Source: Limnohabitans sp. (GTDB lineage Bacteria > Pseudomonadota > Gammaproteobacteria > Burkholderiales > Burkholderiaceae_C). Taken from it: DNA of 38,792 nt. Positions 37,720 to 38,792 of this stretch are shown piece after piece (position 1 is the first letter of the stretch; every line of letters begins with the position of its first letter). A program made the translations under genes and the position numbers. The DNA lies in contig JBIKKE010000001.1 in NCBI GenBank assembly GCA_044360575.1, positions 1-38,792 on the forward strand, read 5' to 3'. Under the pieces are notes generated by a model. It did not search any database. It was given only the letters and a program-made list of their open reading frames with translations, and was not told the origin of the DNA.

Positions 37720-38792
37720 ATGTTCGTTCACCTGCGCCTTCACTCCGAATTCTCTGTCGTTGACTCGACTTGCCGCATCGACGATGTGGTCAAGATTGCA
37801 GCCAAAGACGCACAGCCTGCGTTGGCCATCACCGACCTGAACAACCTCTTCGGAACGGTCAAGTTTTACAAAGAAGGTCGGGGCAAAGGCGTCAAACCCA
37901 TCATTGGTGCCGAGATCAATCTTGAAGGCTTGGGTGGGGATATCGGTGTCACCAGCCGCGTTGTTTTGTTGGTGCAAAACCATCCGGGCTATCTGAACCT
38001 TTGCGAGTTGTTGGCCCGTGCTTGGACACAAAACGTGGTCAAAGGCGTGGCCGTGGTCAAGTTGACTTGGCTCAAGGAGCTGTCGAACGGTTTGATTTTG
38101 CTTTCCGGTGCGCAAACTGGGCCGGTGGGGCAGGCCATCGTACAGGGCGATACCGACAAGGCCGCTGATGTAGCGCTTCAATTGGGCTCGATATTCCCGC
38201 ATCGGTTTTACTTGGAGCTGCAACGAGCTGGTCGTTCCGAAGATGAGCCTCAGGTGGCCGGTGCGGTGGCATTGGCCGCCCGCCTGGGTTTGCCAGTGGT
38301 GGCAACCCACCCAGTCCAGTTTCATGGCCCCGAAGATTACGAAGCACACGAAGCGAGGGTCTGCATCTCCGAGGGTGAAATTTTGGCCAACCCTCGACGG
38401 GTGCGGCGTTTCACCCGCGAGCAGTACTTCAAGTCGGCGGCCGACATGTGTGCCTTGTTTGCCGATGTGCCCAGCGCGATTGCCAATACGCTGGAAATTG
38501 CCAAGCGTTGCAACCTGAACCTGGTGCTTGGCAAGCCCCAGCTGCCAGACTTTCCAATTCCGCCTGTGAACGGTGTGGTCATGTCGGTCGAAGACTATTT
38601 TCGGCATGTGTCGTTTGAGGGCTTAGAGCAGCGCTTGGCGCACCTGTATCCGGTTGAGGCCAAGCGGAGCGAAGAACGCCCGCGCTATGTGGAGCGCCTG
38701 GAATTTGAGCTGAACACCATTTTGAAGATGGGTTTTCCGGGTTACTTCTTGATCGTCGGTGACTTCATCCAGTGGGCCAAGGCCAACGGCTG
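37720..38792 (+). CDS. dnaE: DNA polymerase III alpha subunit, 5' part (truncated by the window end)
   Basis: Translated by hand from ATG 37720: MFVHLRLHSEFSVVD...ALAITDLNNLFG...KPIIGAE (PHP domain)...MGFPGYFLIVGDFIQWAK. Absent from the ORF track because it has no stop in the window. Confidence 0.95.
   Translation, partial: MFVHLRLHSEFSVVDSTCRIDDVVKIAAKDAQPALAITDLNNLFGTVKFYKEGRGKGVKPIIGAEINLEGLGGDIGVTSRVVLLVQNHPGYLNLCELLARAWTQNVVKGVAVVKLTWLKELSNGLILLSGAQTGPVGQAIVQGDTDKAADVALQLGSIFPHRFYLELQRAGRSEDEPQVAGAVALAARLGLPVVATHPVQFHGPEDYEAHEARVCISEGEILANPRRVRRFTREQYFKSAADMCALFADVPSAIANTLEIAKRCNLNLVLGKPQLPDFPIPPVNGVVMSVEDYFRHVSFEGLEQRLAHLYPVEAKRSEERPRYVERLEFELNTILKMGFPGYFLIVGDFIQWAKANG

Noticed and set aside
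37705-38607. 300-aa minus-strand ORF
   Set aside because: It is the antisense shadow of dnaE, which is clearly encoded on the plus strand from 37720.

Overview
Core-chromosome segment of a GC-rich betaproteobacterium. Gene content and order suggest Burkholderiales/Comamonadaceae (inference). It holds about 37 CDS, 5 tRNAs (Val-TAC, His-GTG, Gly-GCC, Cys-GCA, Gly-CCC) and several intrinsic terminators. I saw no integrase, transposase, prophage or CRISPR array. Housekeeping genes include efp with earP (Arg32 rhamnosylation type), uvrC, pgsA, HU, ppiD, alaS, trmB, gluQ, an RluA-family pseudouridine synthase and the 5' part of dnaE. Metabolic or accessory genes include a YeeE/YedE pair, tartrate/D-malate dehydrogenase, scoAB with a divergent PAS-LuxR regulator, gabD, a BciA-like divinyl (proto)chlorophyllide 8-vinyl reductase, a VapBC-like toxin-antitoxin pair, a LysR-pirin-flavodoxin unit, and a six-gene GntR-associated catabolic cluster of unknown substrate. 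The most notable observations are: (1) an AT-rich in-frame patch with a ~25-aa insertion in alaS next to the tRNA-recognition motif; (2) ten genes with a -10-like hexamer 6-8 nt before the ATG, suggesting leaderless transcripts; (3) the uncharacterised catabolic cluster with a duplicated operator; (4) a lone bciA. I found no clearly new multi-gene system. All family calls come from motif recognition by eye, not from database searches.
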